DNA of 63,496 nucleotides, counting the filler, from Octopus bimaculoides (taxonomy: Eukaryota), in assembly GCF_001194135.2 (NCBI RefSeq). It is 4 parts of 4 records of this genome, joined end to end, with 100 filler letters (N's around TTAATTAATTAA, not from the genome) between each part and the next. Parts side by side here need not be neighbours in the genome. Positions count along the whole stretch, not along the records: positions 53,264 to 63,496 come from NC_069009.1; 3 more parts are not named here. One strand, written 5' to 3'. The position numbers were made by a program, and so were the translations under genes. Below the pieces are notes generated by a model, which saw only the letters and a list, made by a program, of their open reading frames with translations, had not been told where the DNA came from and searched no databases. Below are positions 62,003 to 63,496 of this stretch, one piece after another (positions within the stretch are counted from its first letter, which is position 1; every line of letters starts with the position of its first letter).

Positions 62003-63496
62003 ATATATATATTAATATTTTATATATATATATATATATATAAGACAAAACAGGAAAATGGAAATTCTCTGGTATTATTTATTCACCATTACACATGTTT
62101 CATTTGCTAATAGGAATTACATAGTTTTATATTTTAGATAAACATGTAAAGAATTTCCAGTTAAAATTTCTTCAGGCAGAGAAATTAAATAATACAAATT
62201 TTACATTTGAATGAAGTGTTTATATTTAGATAGTAATCAAGAGCAGCACGAACAGCACCAGTTAAGGAAGAAAAAGAGAGAGAGAGAGAGAGACACTGAC
62301 ACATCTTAGCTACCTACACTATATATATATGGGATATGAGGAGTCTTTGTCAGTATAACTCAAACTAATAGGTATGCGTTCTGTGTGCTCAAATTACAGG
62401 TGTGCCACCAAAATTCCNNNNNNNNNNNNNNNNNNNNNNNNNNNNNNNNNNNNNNNNNNNNNNNNNNNNNNNNNNNNNNNNTTGGAGTAGTCGTTATATG
62501 ACTATCTTGTTCAAAAAGGCTAAGTAGGTTAAAATAGAGAAGAAAGGCAAGCAGTAAGACAATGCATGACAAGGACATTTACCATAAAAATCCATGTGAT
62601 TTGTGCACCTGTGTAATTTACACAGGTGGATTACTGGATAAAAATTGCTTTAAAAAGCTTCTACTCGTGTAAAATTCACACCCAAAAGTTTTCAGAATTG
62701 CCAATATGCCCAGGGGGGAAAATGTTTACAATTTAGTTGTATTTAGCATAATTTCATTTACTTATGATTAGATTTTATTAAATTTTCATTAAATAAGAAT
62801 AATTTCTGTTTAACAAGTATCACATTTTTCGTATGTGTATTTCGTGTGCAAGATTCTTGATGTGGATACGTGTGTTGAAAGAAATACAATTAAACCTTGG
62901 GAGAGGCATTATGCCGGTAATAAACACACGAACTGGTTCAGTCCTTTATTAATTTATATAGTATCACATTGAAAGCTAATAAATTACGGAGTGTTTGTGT
63001 TGTTTATAATAAACTTTGTTTTACATTTCTTGCCAACAAGAGATTATGTCCGATCTTGAGCATGCTTCTGTATGCCTTCTCAAATCACAATCACAGAAGT
63101 TGTTGATAATTCTTATCAACAAAACAAAGCCGATAAATACGCATAAGTGTTGCAAAATAAGTTTAATTACCAATAAACATCAGCTTGGATGATACTTTAC
63201 TCAACTGACAGAGGAAGATGACCGACCAAACTGATTATGTAAACAGAATTCTGATTATTCAAAAGTGTTTGCTTGTCTCAAGCTCTGATTTTCTACCTAT
63301 TCTTGTCGGAACCTTTGATATGGAGTATCGAAATTTTAATCCCTTTCACGCTTATAAAATGCCAAGCAGACTTAAAAATTTGTCATTACCGTTTTAGCCA
63401 TGAGACCAAACTAATAGTTTGGTAACCCACTAAAATAAACATTAAAAATCGAAAGGAGAAAATAAACAGTTTTGCAAGTTTAACTCAGTGTTTATT

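Overview
This is AT-rich, microsatellite-saturated animal genomic DNA from a gapped draft assembly. The repeat families and their density are most consistent with an octopus (coleoid cephalopod); that assignment is my inference. I can support no intact host protein-coding gene, rRNA, true tRNA or CRISPR array. Nearly all ORFs in the supplied track are microsatellite or N-gap artefacts. The window is a transposon graveyard. It holds about 30 copies or fragments of four tRNA-derived or SINE-like families, some nested, tandem or inverted. DNA transposon relics include a D,D34D mariner, a maT/rosa-like Tc1-mariner, a young Buster/Charlie hAT inserted at the end of an older ZMYM1/DUF4371-type hAT relic, a piggyBac-type MITE and Helitron-like 3' ends. 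Retroelement relics include a Penelope GIY-YIG endonuclease, a HERO/R2-superfamily REL endonuclease, two RTE 3' ends and a probable CR1 RT. The most interesting signals are structural RNA-like. There are three to four minimal hammerhead-ribozyme-like motifs of the kind carried by Penelope-like elements (2266-2300, 31628-31663, 51732-51771, 53667-53724), each with a defect as assembled. There is also a near-perfect 178-bp fold-back (24511-24688) and a 244-bp fold-back MITE (49173-49416). I see no convincing previously undescribed multi-gene system.
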